Assembly (NCBI GenBank): GCA_963766415.1
Contig: CAVYAH010000035.1
Location: 8,773-72,772 of the forward strand
From: an uncultured Alphaproteobacteria bacterium
Lineage (GTDB): Bacteria > Pseudomonadota > Alphaproteobacteria > Sphingomonadales > Sphingomonadaceae
Length of the DNA: 64,000 nucleotides
Direction: 5' to 3'
Below are positions 62,440-64,000 of this stretch, in pieces (the first letter of the stretch is position 1; each line of letters opens with the position of its first letter). The notes under the pieces are model-generated. The model saw nothing but the letters and a program-made list of their open reading frames with translations. It did not search any database and was not told the DNA's origin. Position numbers and translations under genes: made by a program.

Positions 62440-64000
62440 TCAACCCCGCTCGGGCGCAACCACTGCCCTCGTTGCTCCCGCGAGCGCGGCAGTCCGCTCC
62501 CTGATGCGCCGCTCGAGGATCGACAGCGGCATCGCGCCCTCACGCAGGATTTCGTGGAACTGCTTGATGTCGAACGTCGGCCCGAGGGTTTTTTGAGCTT
62601 CGGCGCGAGCGCGCGTCCAGGCTGTGTGGCCAACCTTGTAGCTGCAGGCCTGGCCGATCATCGTGCAATAGCGTTCGACCTCACGCTGCGAGCGCGGACG
62701 GGCGTAGCCGGTTGTTTGAACCATATAGTCGGTGGCCTGCTCGCGGCTCCACTTGTTCGAATGGATCCCGGTGTCGACAACGAGCCGCGCTGCGCGGAAC
62801 AGGAAGGACTGGAGGAAACCGGCGCGCCCGAGCGGGTCGTTGGCATAGACGCCAAGCTCGTCCGCCAGCTGCTCGGCATAGAGGGCCCAGCCTTCCGAAT
62901 AAGCGGAGAAGAAGCCGAGTTTCCTGATCGTTGGTATGTCGGTCGATTGCTGCGAGATGCTGATCTGCAGGTGATGCCCGGGAACGCCCTCGTGATAGCA
63001 GAGCGTCGGAAGGGTGAACTTGGGCCAGTCGCCAAGGTCCTTGAGGTTGATGAAATAGATCGCCGGCCGCGAGCCGTCGAGCGCCGCCCGGTTGTAGTAG
63101 CCGTTCGAAGCGCCATCCTGGATTTCCGGCGGCACGCGGCGGATCTCGAGCGGCTGGTTCGGCAGCGTTTCGAAATCGCGCGGAAGGCGGCCGTACATGT
63201 CCTTGATCACCTGGTTGAGATAGTCGAGCAGCTCGGCACGGCCGGCGTCGCTGTCAGCAAATAGCTGAGGAGGATTCTTGCTGACGGCAGTAAGCCGCTC
63301 GCCGACGCTGCCCTGCGTATAGCCCTGGCTTTTCAGGATCTGGTCGAGCTGGCTCGTGATGTCGGCGACCTGGTCGAGGCCCATCTGGTGGACCTCGGCC
63401 GGAGTGAAGTTGGTGGTGGTCGCCTGGCGCAATGCCTCCGCGTAGATCGCTTCGCCCTCGGTCAGGCGCCACGCGCCGTCGCCCGGACGCGTCGTCGGCT
63501 TCAGCTGCTGCATCATTGCCATCTGTCGGTCGAGCGCGGGAAAGACACTCTTGGCGACGATCGAGGAAGCACGCGCTTGCCAATCGCCTGCGATGCCCTT
63601 CGCGCCGGCACGTTTCACCAGCGACTGCACCATCGAATTCTGCTCGGGCGCAACCACGCGAAGCTTGCGCATCTGGCCGAGCGCAAGATCGATCGACCAG
63701 GCCGGGGCGAGGAAGCCGCGGGCGGCCTGCGCGCGCTGGTCGGCGGTGTCGTTGTCGAGCAGAGTTGCAAACTGGCTGAGCCGCGACAGATAGGCTTCGC
63801 CGTCAGCCGCGTCGTTGATCGTGTGCGCGGTGTTGAGGAAGTCGGGGGTCGAGAAATAGGCGCCGCCCTGCTGCGTGATCGGATAGGGCCGCTGCGCCAA
63901 ATCAATGTCCCAGCGAGCTGGTGCCTGGGTCGCGGTGTCGAGCGAATAGAGCACGACCTCGCGGTTGAGCTTCGCGGGCTCGGAGAGGCCCGAGGCCGCA
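62440..64000 (-). CDS. DUF885 family protein (metallopeptidase-like), 5'-truncated by window edge
   Basis: YHEGVPGHHLQ, YSEGWALYAE, RAARLVVDTGIH, EVERY and GQACSYKVG. Confidence 0.9.
   Translation of the reverse strand, partial: AASGLSEPAKLNREVVLYSLDTATQAPARWDIDLAQRPYPITQQGGAYFSTPDFLNTAHTINDAADGEAYLSRLSQFATLLDNDTADQRAQAARGFLAPAWSIDLALGQMRKLRVVAPEQNSMVQSLVKRAGAKGIAGDWQARASSIVAKSVFPALDRQMAMMQQLKPTTRPGDGAWRLTEGEAIYAEALRQATTTNFTPAEVHQMGLDQVADITSQLDQILKSQGYTQGSVGERLTAVSKNPPQLFADSDAGRAELLDYLNQVIKDMYGRLPRDFETLPNQPLEIRRVPPEIQDGASNGYYNRAALDGSRPAIYFINLKDLGDWPKFTLPTLCYHEGVPGHHLQISISQQSTDIPTIRKLGFFSAYSEGWALYAEQLADELGVYANDPLGRAGFLQSFLFRAARLVVDTGIHSNKWSREQATDYMVQTTGYARPRSQREVERYCTMIGQACSYKVGHTAWTRARAEAQKTLGPTFDIKQFHEILREGAMPLSILERRIRERTAALAGATRAVVAPERG

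Noticed and set aside
1-64000. Numerous frameshifted genes read as mass pseudogenisation or programmed frameshifting
   Set aside because: The shifts hit essential genes (glyA, hemA, murJ, yidC, engB, dapE), cluster in patches, and lack consistent slippery signals; sequencing indels are the simpler explanation.
1-64000. CRISPR arrays, transposases, integrases, prophage or defence genes, rRNA and intact tRNA
   Set aside because: No spaced direct-repeat arrays or diagnostic motifs were found by eye.

Overview
High-GC alphaproteobacterial chromosome segment. Gene order and protein style point to Sphingomonadaceae, which is an inference. Many essential genes (glyA, hemA, murJ, yidC, dapE, engB) carry single-base frameshifts, most simply explained by long-read indel errors. 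The 1-14.8 kb region is an accessory surface-glycan locus: AsnB-type amidotransferase, MurJ-like flippase, 3 SAM methyltransferases, 5 glycosyltransferases, sulfotransferase, ABC exporter, NodB-type deacetylase and UDP-xylose synthase. The 14.8-64 kb region is core genome: rpsD, nrdR, glyA, rpiB, hemA, murI, plsY, topA, dut, split coaC/coaB, ubiB/E, mutM, rpsT, dnaA, trpS, murJ, secB, Tim44-mltA-smr, GGDEF-EAL, dapE, rpmH-rnpA-yidD-yidC-engB, hrpB, ispB, two tandem M13 peptidases, an OmpR-type two-component system, an ABC-F ATPase and DUF885. Most notable observations: (i) rnpA has no canonical start after rpmH, and its frame is open through all of rpmH to an ATG 7 nt upstream of the rpmH ATG, as in the Thermus nested rpmH/rnpA arrangement; (ii) a 40-nt CCA-ending possible tRNA-Arg relic; (iii) a 165-bp insertion with a 7-bp direct repeat whose removal leaves both flanking genes intact with overlapping stops; (iv) dprA apparently replaced by a SEL1/2OG-Fe(II) oxygenase; (v) several structured leaders and regulator boxes. 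No CRISPR array, rRNA, intact tRNA or transposase was seen.
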